From the NCBI GenBank assembly GCA_023394965.1, contig JAEWZX010000007.1, positions 100,969 to 164,968 on the forward strand: DNA of 64,000 nt. Direction: 5' to 3'. Below are positions 30,114 to 39,390 of the stretch, piece by piece (within the stretch, counting starts at the first letter, position 1; every line of letters begins with the position of its first letter). The position numbers and the translations under genes were made by a program. The DNA comes from Pseudomonadota bacterium (GTDB lineage Bacteria > Pseudomonadota > Alphaproteobacteria > Sphingomonadales > Sphingomonadaceae). The notes below the pieces were generated by a model, which ran no database searches, had not been told where the DNA came from, and worked only from the letters and a program-made list of their open reading frames with translations.

Positions 30114-30128
30114 TTAAAGGACAATTAA
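30114..30128. promoter_or_regulatory. CtrA binding site
   Basis: TTAA-AGGACAA-TTAA, a perfect TTAA-N7-TTAA 24 bp upstream of the diguanylate cyclase GTG. Confidence 0.7.
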
Positions 30129-30151
30129 GGATTTCCGGGCGGCACTCTGGC

Positions 30152-31267
30152 TCAATGGAGCAGATCTGCAACGGGTCGATAATTGTAGCCCAGTTCGCTG
30201 GCTACCGCTTCGTACGTTACTTCGCCTTTGTGTACATTAAGGCCCGCTGCAAGGTGCGGGTCAGCGGCCAGCGCATCCTGCCAGCCCATGCGCGCGATGC
30301 GTAACGCATGCGGTAGCGTCACATTGTTAAGGGCATAGGTGCTGGTGCGGGCCACGGCGCCGGGCATATTGGCGACGCAATAGTGAACCACGTCGTCCAC
30401 CACATATGTCGGCTCGGCATGGGTGGTTGCGCGGCTGGTCTCGAAACATCCCCCCTGATCGATTGCAACATCGACCAGCACAGCCCCCTTTTGCATGTCT
30501 TTGAGTATCTCGCGCGGAACGAGCTTCGGAGCCGCTGCTCCGGGGATGAGAACTGCGCCAATAACCAGATCGGCAGTCGTCACCGCGTCATAAAGGTTGG
30601 CTGCATTCGAAAAACGTGTGTTGGCACGGGCTTCGAAGTGGGTGCCGACCTTTTCCAGAACCTCCGGATCGCGGTCGAGAATGGTGACATCTGCCCCCAG
30701 ACCGGCGGCCATCTGGGCGGCATTGAAGCCAACCACGCCGCCGCCAATGATCACGACTTTGCCCGGCATTACACCTGGCACGCCGCCCAGCAGCACGCCT
30801 CGCCCGCCATGGGCCTTTTCAAGCGCAGTAGCGCCTGCTTGCACGCTCATGCGTCCGGCAACCTGGCTCATCGGTTTCAACAGGGGCAGCTGGCCACGCG
30901 GGCCAGTGACCGTTTCATAGGCGATCGCAGTCACTCCGCTTTCCACCAGATCCTTGGTTTGCTCCGGATCAGGGGCGAGGTGCAGATATGTATATAGAAT
31001 CTGTCCTTCACGCAGTTTCTTGCGCTCGACCGATTGCGGTTCCTTGACCTTCACCACCATTTCGCACTCGGCGAAAATCGGATCGGGACCGTCGACAATT
31101 TTTGCCCCAGCGGACACATATTGTTCGTCGGTGGCGTCGATACCGCAGCCAGCCCCGCTCTCGATCCACACTTCATGACCCTGCATGACGAGCTCTTTCA
31201 CGCTTTCGGGTGTCAAACCGACGCGATATTCATGGTTCTTGATTTCTTTGGGGCTGCCGATGAGCAT
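30152..31267 (-). CDS. ald: Alanine dehydrogenase
   Basis: [38 protein letters not shown]. Confidence 0.97.
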   Translation of the reverse strand: MLIGSPKEIKNHEYRVGLTPESVKELVMQGHEVWIESGAGCGIDATDEQYVSAGAKIVDGPDPIFAECEMVVKVKEPQSVERKKLREGQILYTYLHLAPDPEQTKDLVESGVTAIAYETVTGPRGQLPLLKPMSQVAGRMSVQAGATALEKAHGGRGVLLGGVPGVMPGKVVIIGGGVVGFNAAQMAAGLGADVTILDRDPEVLEKVGTHFEARANTRFSNAANLYDAVTTADLVIGAVLIPGAAAPKLVPREILKDMQKGAVLVDVAIDQGGCFETSRATTHAEPTYVVDDVVHYCVANMPGAVARTSTYALNNVTLPHALRIARMGWQDALAADPHLAAGLNVHKGEVTYEAVASELGYNYRPVADLLH

Positions 31268-31335
31268 AGGAGGCTCCTTGTCTGCCAGATTTCGTTACAA
31301 CTGCAACCATACCAAGGCAAGCCCGAGCGGGCGTG

Positions 31336-32913
31336 TTAGGGGCCAGTCGCTGTGGACCAAGTACCGCTTACGGTATTTCCGGTTCCCGCACTCTCCATGT
31401 CGAAATAGCGGACATTTTCCCCTAGCGCTTCTGCGACGGCCTGCAGAGCCTCCTGACTGCCGGTCAGAGTAATGCGTACACCGGTTCGCCGTGCAGCCCA
31501 GGCAATGAGCGCCACGCGCGACGAATTGCGACTGTCGAGGCCATCTTCACCCACTGTGATTGTAGGCAGCGGAACGAGCGGGGGGCGCAGCTCGACCGTC
31601 CAGCCCGGAGTTGTTCGCTCGAGCCGCCGTTCCAGTTCACGGTAGCCTGACAGGTCCAATCCATCGAGCTGCGTAGCAATTGCCTGCGCCCGCTGGTTCT
31701 CGCGGTCTAGCAACACGTCCTTGCGTTCCACGCCAGCGATCAGGGCAAGACTCTGGGCCAGAACTGCGATTTGCCTCTCGCTTGCTTCGGCGGCTTCACG
31801 GGCCCGCGCCTGGGCCAAGGCTGCCTGCTCAGCTGCGCCAGGATCCGTGCCGACCTGAAACTGGTCTATGTTCACTACGACCGACCGGCCGAGCCGATCT
31901 TCGAGCCGCTTGGCGACTTCGCTATCGGCATTGGCGTTGAAGTCGGGCGTAAACACACTGGCCGATACAGTCAGTGGTTCGGCGTCCCAGTTCACGATCG
32001 GCTGCTCGACACGGGCACGGTCGGTGAAGGCAGCGGCGACCTCCTGATTTACGATCCGCTGCCCATTCGCTTCCCACGCGATAGTACGCAAGGAGAACGC
32101 CAGAGGAATTGCCAGGATGACGAAAACTATAGCGATTCCGATGGACTGAAAACGTGTCTGGCGATTACTCAGATCGGACTGGAAGCCATACAGCCGGGCC
32201 ATGACGGCCGCAGTCAGGCCAATAGTCACGAGGTTGGTGACGAACAGGCCGAGAGCGCCTGCGAACACCGGCCAGTTGAATGTGGCCAAGCCGAAACCCA
32301 CTACGGCAATCGGCGGCATCAGGGCGGTGGCGATGGCAACGCCGACGATCGTGCCTTCGCGTCCGCGGATCACCGCATAGGAACCTGCCAGAGCGGAAAA
32401 CAGGGCGACAAGCAGATCGAAGAGATTGGGTCTGGTGCGCGCGGCGATTTCTTCAGTCACAGTTTGCAGCGGCGACAGGAAGACGATCACTGCGCAAAAA
32501 AGAATGGCGAAGAGGGACCCGGCAACCAAGGCCTTTCCGCAGCGCCTCAGCCAGTCGGCATCGCCGGTTGCCAGCGAAAAGCCGGTTCCGATGATCGGGC
32601 TCATCAGCGGCGACAGCAGCATTGCTCCGATGACCACGGCAGGCGATGAAAGCAGCAGGCCGAGGATTGCGATGCCTGCGCTCATCGCGATCATGAAGAT
32701 GTAGCGACTGGTCAGCAGCGATTCGCCCCGAACGCGCTCTATCGTCGCGACATGGTCGAGGTCCGCGATGACCCCTTCTTTCCACCACAACCGCATCTCC
32801 GCGATCGCACGCAGAATTGTCAGCCGACTGATGGGGCGTCGCTTGGGATAATCGGGGCCTGACTTTTCCTCGTCTGGCCAGTCGTCTGCTTGGTTTTCTG
32901 TCGTTGTCGCCAT
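31336..32913 (-). CDS. DUF389-family membrane protein
   Basis: SPAVVIGAMLLSPLM, RTRPNLFDL, GVAIATALMPP. Confidence 0.88.
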   Translation of the reverse strand: MATTTENQADDWPDEEKSGPDYPKRRPISRLTILRAIAEMRLWWKEGVIADLDHVATIERVRGESLLTSRYIFMIAMSAGIAILGLLLSSPAVVIGAMLLSPLMSPIIGTGFSLATGDADWLRRCGKALVAGSLFAILFCAVIVFLSPLQTVTEEIAARTRPNLFDLLVALFSALAGSYAVIRGREGTIVGVAIATALMPPIAVVGFGLATFNWPVFAGALGLFVTNLVTIGLTAAVMARLYGFQSDLSNRQTRFQSIGIAIVFVILAIPLAFSLRTIAWEANGQRIVNQEVAAAFTDRARVEQPIVNWDAEPLTVSASVFTPDFNANADSEVAKRLEDRLGRSVVVNIDQFQVGTDPGAAEQAALAQARAREAAEASERQIAVLAQSLALIAGVERKDVLLDRENQRAQAIATQLDGLDLSGYRELERRLERTTPGWTVELRPPLVPLPTITVGEDGLDSRNSSRVALIAWAARRTGVRITLTGSQEALQAVAEALGENVRYFDMESAGTGNTVSGTWSTATGP

Positions 32914-32976
32914 TGAACATGGACTTAGCGAGACGGTCTGCGCAAGTCGCCTGCAAATTTCAGTGTCGCTCGTCGG

Positions 32977-35310
32977 TCAGATCGGGTTTCCGTCCTGATC
33001 GCGGAAAATTTCCCGCCGCCCCACGTGGTTGGCCGGCCCGACCAGACCTTCGCCCTCCATCCGCTCGATCCATTTGGCAGCCGTGTTGTAGCCGACGCCC
33101 ATCTGGCGCTGCAGCCAGCTGCCGGACGCTTTCTGGTTCTCGATCACGATCTGGCAGGCCTGACGATATTTGCGTTCTTCGGGATTGTCCGAAGCAGTGA
33201 ATTCATCTTCGAAATTGAAGCCGCCATCCTCAGGTTCTTCGGTAACTGCGTCAACATAGTCGGGTTTGCCCTGCTCGCGCCAGTGATCGGCGACCCGTTC
33301 CACTTCCTCATCCGACACGAAGGGCCCGTGTACACGTATCATCGCGCCGGTATTGGGCTTGTAGAGCATGTCGCCCTTGCCAAGCAGCTGCTCGGCGCCC
33401 TGTTCGCCAAGAATCGTCCGGCTATCGATCCGGCTGGTCACCTTGAAGCTGATACGCGTCGGCAGGTTGGCTTTGATGACGCCGGTAATAACATCGACCG
33501 ATGGGCGCTGCGTGGCCATGATCAGATGGATGCCGGCAGCGCGCGATTTCTGGCTCAGGCGCTGGATCAGCACTTCGATTTCCTTGCCGACAGTGACCAT
33601 AAGATCGGCCAGCTCGTCCACGATCAGAACGATCAGCGGCAAAGGCTGGTAATCGAGCTGCTCTTCTTCGTAGAGTTCTTCGCCTGTTTCCGGATCGAAT
33701 CCCGTCTGCACGCGCCGCCCCAGCGGTTTGCCTTTCTCGATCGCCTTCTTCACCTTGTCGTTGAAGCCTGCGATGTTACGCGAATTCACGCTGCTCATCA
33801 TGCGGTAGCGCTTCTCCATCTCTTCGACCGCCCATTTCAGCGCGCGAACCGATTTGTGCGGCTCGGTAACCACCGGGCTCAGGAGATGGGGGATGTCGTC
33901 ATAACTCTTTAATTCGAGCACTTTTGGATCGATCAGGATCAGGCGGCACTCTTCCGGCGTAAAGCGGTAGAGCAAAGACAACAGGATTGCGTTGAGGCCG
34001 ACCGATTTACCCGAGCCTGTGGTCCCGGCGACGAGCAAATGGGGCATGGCGGCGAGGTCCGCGACAATCGGTTCGCCTGCAATATCCTTGCCCAGAATCA
34101 TCGGCAGGCTGCCCTTGTGGTCGACGAAGGCGGCAGAGTTCGCGAGCTGCTTGTAACTGACCATCTGGCGGTCGGCATTGGGCAGTTCGATGCCAATGAC
34201 GGTCTTGCCCGGGATGGGTGAGACACGCGCCGAAATGGCCGACATATTGCGGGCAATATCCTCCGCAAGGCCGACCACGCGGCTGGCCTTTATGCCGGGT
34301 GCCGGCTCAAGTTCGTACATCGTGACCACGGGGCCCGCGCGAACGGCAGTAATCTCGCCCTTCACGTTGAAATCATCAAGCACGTTTTCGAGAAGGCGCG
34401 CATTGCGCTCCAGCGCCATCTTGTCGAGCTTGGGAGCCGAATTGTCAGGTGCATCGTCGAGCAGATCATGGCTCGGCAACTGATAATTGGCGAACATATC
34501 CCGTTGTTTCGGCTTGGCGGCAACGGGTTGCGCGGGCATCGGTGCCGGGTCGGCAATCTCCGGCGTGCGGCGCGGGGGCTGTGTCGGCGCGTCCTGTGTC
34601 TCTTCGTCACTTTCGATCGGTTTGGCGCGCGTCTCCTTTTTCGAAGTAAGGGGAAGGTCGAATTCGGGCAACTGCGCCTTGCGCTTGACGAAATCGGGCA
34701 AGGTCAGAAACTGTGCCCAGTCGATCGCGAACACGCGTGTCACAAGCACAACGCCGCCTGCCAAGGTTGCCAGTGCCAGCACCAGCACGATCCAGCCGGA
34801 GAAATCGCCACCGATCCGACCTGCAATTGCCTCGATCGCAAGGGCGCCCAACTGGCCAAACAAGCCGCCAAGCCCAGCGGGCAGGCTGCCGGTTGCAGGT
34901 TCGAATACCAGTGCCAGCACCGTGCCGAGGAGCGCTACGGCCCCGAACAGCATGGCGAATGGCCCCCACCAGCGGCCGGGCGTTTCTTCCTCGTCTTCGC
35001 GTTCTACACCCGTCCACAACCGGCGGGCAGAAATGTACAGTAGCGGCAGAAGAAGTACGGCCGGGAGGCCAAGGAAATTGAGGGCGCGTTCGCTCGCCCA
35101 GGCGCCTGTCGCTCCCATCCAATTGCGAATGTCGCCGCCACCGGCCGCGGTCGACGGGCTGGGATCAGTCTGGGTATAGCTGGCAAGCGCAAGCGTCAGA
35201 AAGATAAGGATCGCGAACAGCAGGCCTGCTCCCGCCATATGCGTTGCGCGTCGAAAGGAGCGGCGAAACGCCGCGCGCCAATCTGGTGCTGCGCCTGCGC
35301 GCGTAGCCAT
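32977..35310 (-). CDS. ftsK: DNA translocase FtsK
   Basis: N-terminal TM domain, MPHLLVAGTTGSGKS, VDELADLM, ATQRPSVD, gamma domain LQRQMGVGYN. Confidence 0.97.
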   Translation of the reverse strand: MATRAGAAPDWRAAFRRSFRRATHMAGAGLLFAILIFLTLALASYTQTDPSPSTAAGGGDIRNWMGATGAWASERALNFLGLPAVLLLPLLYISARRLWTGVEREDEEETPGRWWGPFAMLFGAVALLGTVLALVFEPATGSLPAGLGGLFGQLGALAIEAIAGRIGGDFSGWIVLVLALATLAGGVVLVTRVFAIDWAQFLTLPDFVKRKAQLPEFDLPLTSKKETRAKPIESDEETQDAPTQPPRRTPEIADPAPMPAQPVAAKPKQRDMFANYQLPSHDLLDDAPDNSAPKLDKMALERNARLLENVLDDFNVKGEITAVRAGPVVTMYELEPAPGIKASRVVGLAEDIARNMSAISARVSPIPGKTVIGIELPNADRQMVSYKQLANSAAFVDHKGSLPMILGKDIAGEPIVADLAAMPHLLVAGTTGSGKSVGLNAILLSLLYRFTPEECRLILIDPKVLELKSYDDIPHLLSPVVTEPHKSVRALKWAVEEMEKRYRMMSSVNSRNIAGFNDKVKKAIEKGKPLGRRVQTGFDPETGEELYEEEQLDYQPLPLIVLIVDELADLMVTVGKEIEVLIQRLSQKSRAAGIHLIMATQRPSVDVITGVIKANLPTRISFKVTSRIDSRTILGEQGAEQLLGKGDMLYKPNTGAMIRVHGPFVSDEEVERVADHWREQGKPDYVDAVTEEPEDGGFNFEDEFTASDNPEERKYRQACQIVIENQKASGSWLQRQMGVGYNTAAKWIERMEGEGLVGPANHVGRREIFRDQDGNPI

Positions 35311-35366
35311 GTCTTGTCCCCTGATCCGTCGAGAGAGTATAGTATGAGTCCTCCAGGACTCCGAGG

Positions 35367-35918
35367 TCAAGCGACGTTCGTCGAACAGAGTCCGTCGATC
35401 GCCCCCCAGCGGGGCCAGTCGAGGTCGCGGGCGCGTTGGTGAGTCATTCCGCCAAGTGCGATGACTGGGATTGGCGAGCGCTTTGCCAAGGCGTGAAAAC
35501 CATCGATGCCAAGCGTTTGGGCGTCTGGGTGCGAGGCGGTTGGAAATACCGGTGAGAGAAATATCCCGTCCGCATCTGCGGTGACTGCGGCAGCGATCTC
35601 CCCGGCATGGTGCGCGGTTGCCAGGTGTATCCCTGTTCCTGCTGTTCCAGCCGGGCCATAATGACCATCCTGCCCCCAATGGTCCGTGCCTGCCAGAATG
35701 ACCATATGGCCCGATCGCCGCGCAATTGCCGCAAGTTCATCGAACCGAGCGTGCCGCGCCGCTGGTTGGAGATGGTAGTGCCGGAAAACGAAACCCGACC
35801 CCGCGGGCAGGGAGCGCAATGCCGCCTCGAGCCCCGCGTCATTTCGCTCGTCGCTAAGCAACCATAACAGGGGGAGCGGTTTTTGCCCGGTTCCGGGATG
35901 ATGCTGGTTTCGTTTCAC
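35367..35918 (-). CDS. Thiamine phosphate synthase/TenI-like protein
   Basis: LWLLSDERN, FVFRHY, LSPVFPTASH, VIALGGM, WGAIDG. Confidence 0.8.
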   Translation of the reverse strand: MKRNQHHPGTGQKPLPLLWLLSDERNDAGLEAALRSLPAGSGFVFRHYHLQPAARHARFDELAAIARRSGHMVILAGTDHWGQDGHYGPAGTAGTGIHLATAHHAGEIAAAVTADADGIFLSPVFPTASHPDAQTLGIDGFHALAKRSPIPVIALGGMTHQRARDLDWPRWGAIDGLCSTNVA

Positions 35919-35921
35919 GCA

Positions 35922-35935
35922 CGCGCTATAGCGCG
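35922..35935. promoter_or_regulatory. Palindromic shared -10 element (bidirectional promoter)
   Basis: CGCGCTATAGCGCG sits in the 21-bp gap between two divergent start codons, neither with an SD. Confidence 0.6.
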
Positions 35936-35939
35936 GCAG

Positions 35940-36611
35940 ATGGAAAAGGCAGATACCCCGTTACAGCAGGTTCAGGCGAATATCGCCAACGCCTGCAAGA
36001 TCGCCCGCCGCCAAACCGGTGACGTGACCCTCATCGCGGTCAGCAAGACTCATCCTGTCGAAGCGATCGAGCCGTTGCTCAATCAAGGACAGCGTCATTT
36101 CGGGGAGAATCGCGTACAGGAGGCACAAGATAAATGGCCTGCACTGCGCGAAGCCTATCCGGCGGTGCAGCTTCATCTCATTGGTCAGTTGCAATCGAAC
36201 AAAGCGGAAGATGCCGTCGCCCTGTTCGATGTGATTCATTCGCTTGACCGGTCGAGCCTGATAAAGGCGCTGGCCAAGGCGATGGATAAGCTGGACCGGC
36301 GCATACCGTGTTTCGTGCAGGTCGACGTGGGCGAGGAGGAGCAGAAGGGCGGTTGCGCGATAGCCGATCTGCCAGCGCTTTTAGATCAAGCCCGCACCGC
36401 GGATATTCCTGTGGCCGGTTTGATGTGCATTCCACCCTTCGATATCGAAGCTGCGCCGTTTTTTGCCTTTCTCGACAAGCTCGCCCGGGATCACGGGCTT
36501 CAGGGTCGCAGCATGGGCATGAGCGGGGATTATGAAACTGCCGTCAGGCTCGGCGCAACACATGTACGGGTCGGCACCGCATTGTTCGGCCAGCGTCCAT
36601 CTCTCAAATAG
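35940..36611 (+). CDS. yggS: PLP homeostasis protein YggS/PLPBP
   Basis: LIAVSKT, FGENRVQE, HLIGQLQSNK, MGMSGD, VRVGTALFG. Confidence 0.95.
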   Translation: MEKADTPLQQVQANIANACKIARRQTGDVTLIAVSKTHPVEAIEPLLNQGQRHFGENRVQEAQDKWPALREAYPAVQLHLIGQLQSNKAEDAVALFDVIHSLDRSSLIKALAKAMDKLDRRIPCFVQVDVGEEEQKGGCAIADLPALLDQARTADIPVAGLMCIPPFDIEAAPFFAFLDKLARDHGLQGRSMGMSGDYETAVRLGATHVRVGTALFGQRPSLK

Positions 36612-36630
36612 TGAATAGCCAAGCTGCCGA

Positions 36631-39390
36631 TCAGGCGTTTTCGAGCCGATCCTGCGTGGCATCGCTGGCGGCTTCCATCAGGCGGGCCTCGATCCGGTTC
36701 ATACGGTCACCCGGTTGCAGTTTTCCGCCGGTGAGATCGGTAACGTAAAATGTATCTGCGGCACGCTCGCCATAATTGGTGATATGGGCGGAATGCACCA
36801 TTAGACGGCTTTCGAACAGCGCCCGTGCCAACCGGTTGAGCAGGGCTGGGCGATCGCGCGCATTTACCTCGACCACGGTGAACTTGTTCGAGGCTTTGTT
36901 GTCGAACAGAACCCTGGGTGCGACATCGAAGGCGCGCGCACGGCTGTGCGTCAGCGGGCGTTGGGCCAGCCGGGGGGCCAGGTCGACCTTGTTTGCCAGT
37001 GCATCTGCAATACTGGTCTTGAGTCGTTCTAGCTGATCTTCCTCGGCAAACGGCTCGCCATGCGGATCCTGCACAAGAAAATTGTCGAGCGCCCAGCCCA
37101 TGCGTGTGGTGTGAATGCGCGCATCGATAATGTTGCCGCCGGCGAGATGGATACCTCCGGCAATGCGATAGAACATGCCTGGATGGTCGGCAGCGATTAC
37201 CGTCACCAGTGTTGCACCGCGCGCCTCGTAATATTCGCAATGGATGGAAAGCTGATGTTCGCGTTCGCGCGCTGCGGCGTAATGTACCAGATTCAGCGCG
37301 ATGATGTCCACGGGCTCGGCGATCCAGTAGGCATCGCCCATCGTCTGGGCGAGGTCTGTGACCAGCGATGCCCGATCGCCCAGAATCTCTCCCACATTTC
37401 TCTGCTTGTGAGCGATCGTCTGCTCGCGTCCGTGCCGCATGTGCCCCAGCCGAAGGCGTTCGCTCGATACATCGTACAGTTCACCAAGCAACTGGCCCTT
37501 CCAGCTGTTCCACGTGCCCGGACCAACTGCCCGAATGTCGACCGCAGTGAGGATCGCGAGGTGGCGAAGCCTTTCCTGGCTTTGCACTTGCCCGACGAAA
37601 TCCTCGATCGTCTTGGGGTCGGTAAGATCGCGCTTCTGGGCAGTGTGACTCATTAGCAGGTGATTAAGCACCAGCCAGGCGACCATTTCTGTCTCGCTCT
37701 CGCTCAGCCCGAAGCGAGGGCATAGTTCGCGCGCGACCTCCGCTCCCAGTATGGAGTGATCACCGCCGCGGCCTTTGGCGATATCGTGTAGCAGCGCGGC
37801 GACATAGGCCACGCGGCGTGAATTGACCTTGTGAATTAGACGCGCGGCGCGCGGATGATCGTTTGTCAGCTCGCCCTTTTCTATCCGGTTCAGCAGACCG
37901 ATCGCCCTGATGGTATGTTCGTCCACCGTATAATGGTGGTACATATCGAACTGCATCTGCGCGTTGACCTTGCCGAAATCGGGCACGAATTTCCCGAAAA
38001 CGCCTGCCTCGTTCATCCAGCGCAGCACCATTTCAGGATCGTTGCGGCCGCACAGCAAGTCGAGAAACAGTGCATTGGCGCGAGCATCGTTGCGGATCGC
38101 ATGATCGATCAGCCCCGTGTCGCGGTTTGCCTGGCGCATGGTGTCGGGATGGATTTCCAGTTCTTCGGCTTCCGCCAGTTGGAATATCTCGATCAACCGG
38201 ACTGGATCGTTGCGGAACCATTCATCCGATGGTGCGGCGATTTTTCCGCCATAGACCCGGTACCCTTTCAGCTGCCGTGCCTTTTGTTTCCACCCCGCGA
38301 AAAAGCCACGCCGCGCTGTTTTCGCCTCGAACTGTTCATCGATATGCGCAAGGAACACGCCGGTCAGCGAACCGACCCTTTTGACCTGCAGGAAATAGAA
38401 CTGCATGAAGCGCTCTACCGCGCTTTTGCCTGGGCGCTCGGCGAAATTCATTCGCTCGGCAATGCGGCGCTGGAGATCGAAAGTCAGGCGGTCTTCCGCT
38501 CGGCCGGTCAGTACATGCATGTGGCTTCGCACGGCGAGCAGGAAGTTTTCCGCCCTCCGGAAGTTGCGATATTCCGTCTGCGTGAACAGGCCGATATCGA
38601 CAAGTTCGGATGCCGTACGCACGCGATGGATGAACTTGCCGATCCAGTAGAGGGTATGCAGGTCGCGCAGGCCGCCCTTTCCATCTTTTACATTCGGTTC
38701 GACGACATATCTGCTGTCGCCCATGCGTTTGTGACGCGCATTGCGTTCAGCAAGCTTTTCGGTGACGAAAGCCCGTTCGTTCCCGCGCACAACCTCGGCA
38801 GTGTAGCGGCGTGACCCTTCATCATAGAGTTCCTGGTCGCCCCAGACATACCGCCCTTCAAGCAGGGCGGTTTTTATGGTGAGGTCGTTTTTGGACAGAC
38901 GGATCGCATCATCCAGCGTGCGGGTTGAATGGCCAATCTTCAAGCCAAGGTCCCACAGCATGTAGAGCATCGCTTCCACAACCTGTTCGCACCAGGCGGT
39001 CTTCTTTCCTCCGACCAGGAAGGCGATGTCGACATCGGAGTGTGGCGACATTTCCGAGCGACCGTATCCGCCGACCGCCATGATCGCGAGCCTTTCAGCC
39101 TTTGAACGATTGGCGCTCGGATAGAGATGGCCGGTCGCGTGATCGTGGATCACCCGGATCATCTGGTCGATCAGGAATGCAAAGCCGCTGGCATTCTCGT
39201 GGCCGGCCGAAGGTTTGTCTTCCAGCCGGCGCTCGAGTTCAGACCGCCCCTTGTCCAGCGCGGACCTGAGCAATTTTACGACATGCGGGCGAGCCTTGTC
39301 GCCATGTTCTGCCACAAGTGACTCGATTTCCGAGGCAAGTGTGCGGCGGTCGATAATCGCCCGCTGTCGGGGAACACGCAAGGCGCTCAA
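36631..39390 (-). CDS. glnD: [Protein-PII] uridylyltransferase/uridylyl-removing enzyme
   Basis: AVGGYGR..SDVD, EPNVKDGKGGLRD, YHHYTVDEH, LHDIAKG, two ACT domains. Confidence 0.97.
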   Translation of the reverse strand: MSALRVPRQRAIIDRRTLASEIESLVAEHGDKARPHVVKLLRSALDKGRSELERRLEDKPSAGHENASGFAFLIDQMIRVIHDHATGHLYPSANRSKAERLAIMAVGGYGRSEMSPHSDVDIAFLVGGKKTAWCEQVVEAMLYMLWDLGLKIGHSTRTLDDAIRLSKNDLTIKTALLEGRYVWGDQELYDEGSRRYTAEVVRGNERAFVTEKLAERNARHKRMGDSRYVVEPNVKDGKGGLRDLHTLYWIGKFIHRVRTASELVDIGLFTQTEYRNFRRAENFLLAVRSHMHVLTGRAEDRLTFDLQRRIAERMNFAERPGKSAVERFMQFYFLQVKRVGSLTGVFLAHIDEQFEAKTARRGFFAGWKQKARQLKGYRVYGGKIAAPSDEWFRNDPVRLIEIFQLAEAEELEIHPDTMRQANRDTGLIDHAIRNDARANALFLDLLCGRNDPEMVLRWMNEAGVFGKFVPDFGKVNAQMQFDMYHHYTVDEHTIRAIGLLNRIEKGELTNDHPRAARLIHKVNSRRVAYVAALLHDIAKGRGGDHSILGAEVARELCPRFGLSESETEMVAWLVLNHLLMSHTAQKRDLTDPKTIEDFVGQVQSQERLRHLAILTAVDIRAVGPGTWNSWKGQLLGELYDVSSERLRLGHMRHGREQTIAHKQRNVGEILGDRASLVTDLAQTMGDAYWIAEPVDIIALNLVHYAAAREREHQLSIHCEYYEARGATLVTVIAADHPGMFYRIAGGIHLAGGNIIDARIHTTRMGWALDNFLVQDPHGEPFAEEDQLERLKTSIADALANKVDLAPRLAQRPLTHSRARAFDVAPRVLFDNKASNKFTVVEVNARDRPALLNRLARALFESRLMVHSAHITNYGERAADTFYVTDLTGGKLQPGDRMNRIEARLMEAASDATQDRLENA

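Noticed and set aside
35311..35679. Extended ftsK N-terminus (also the extended recQ, sdaA and 19822 kinase ORFs)
   Set aside because: They overlap real neighbouring genes; better downstream starts exist
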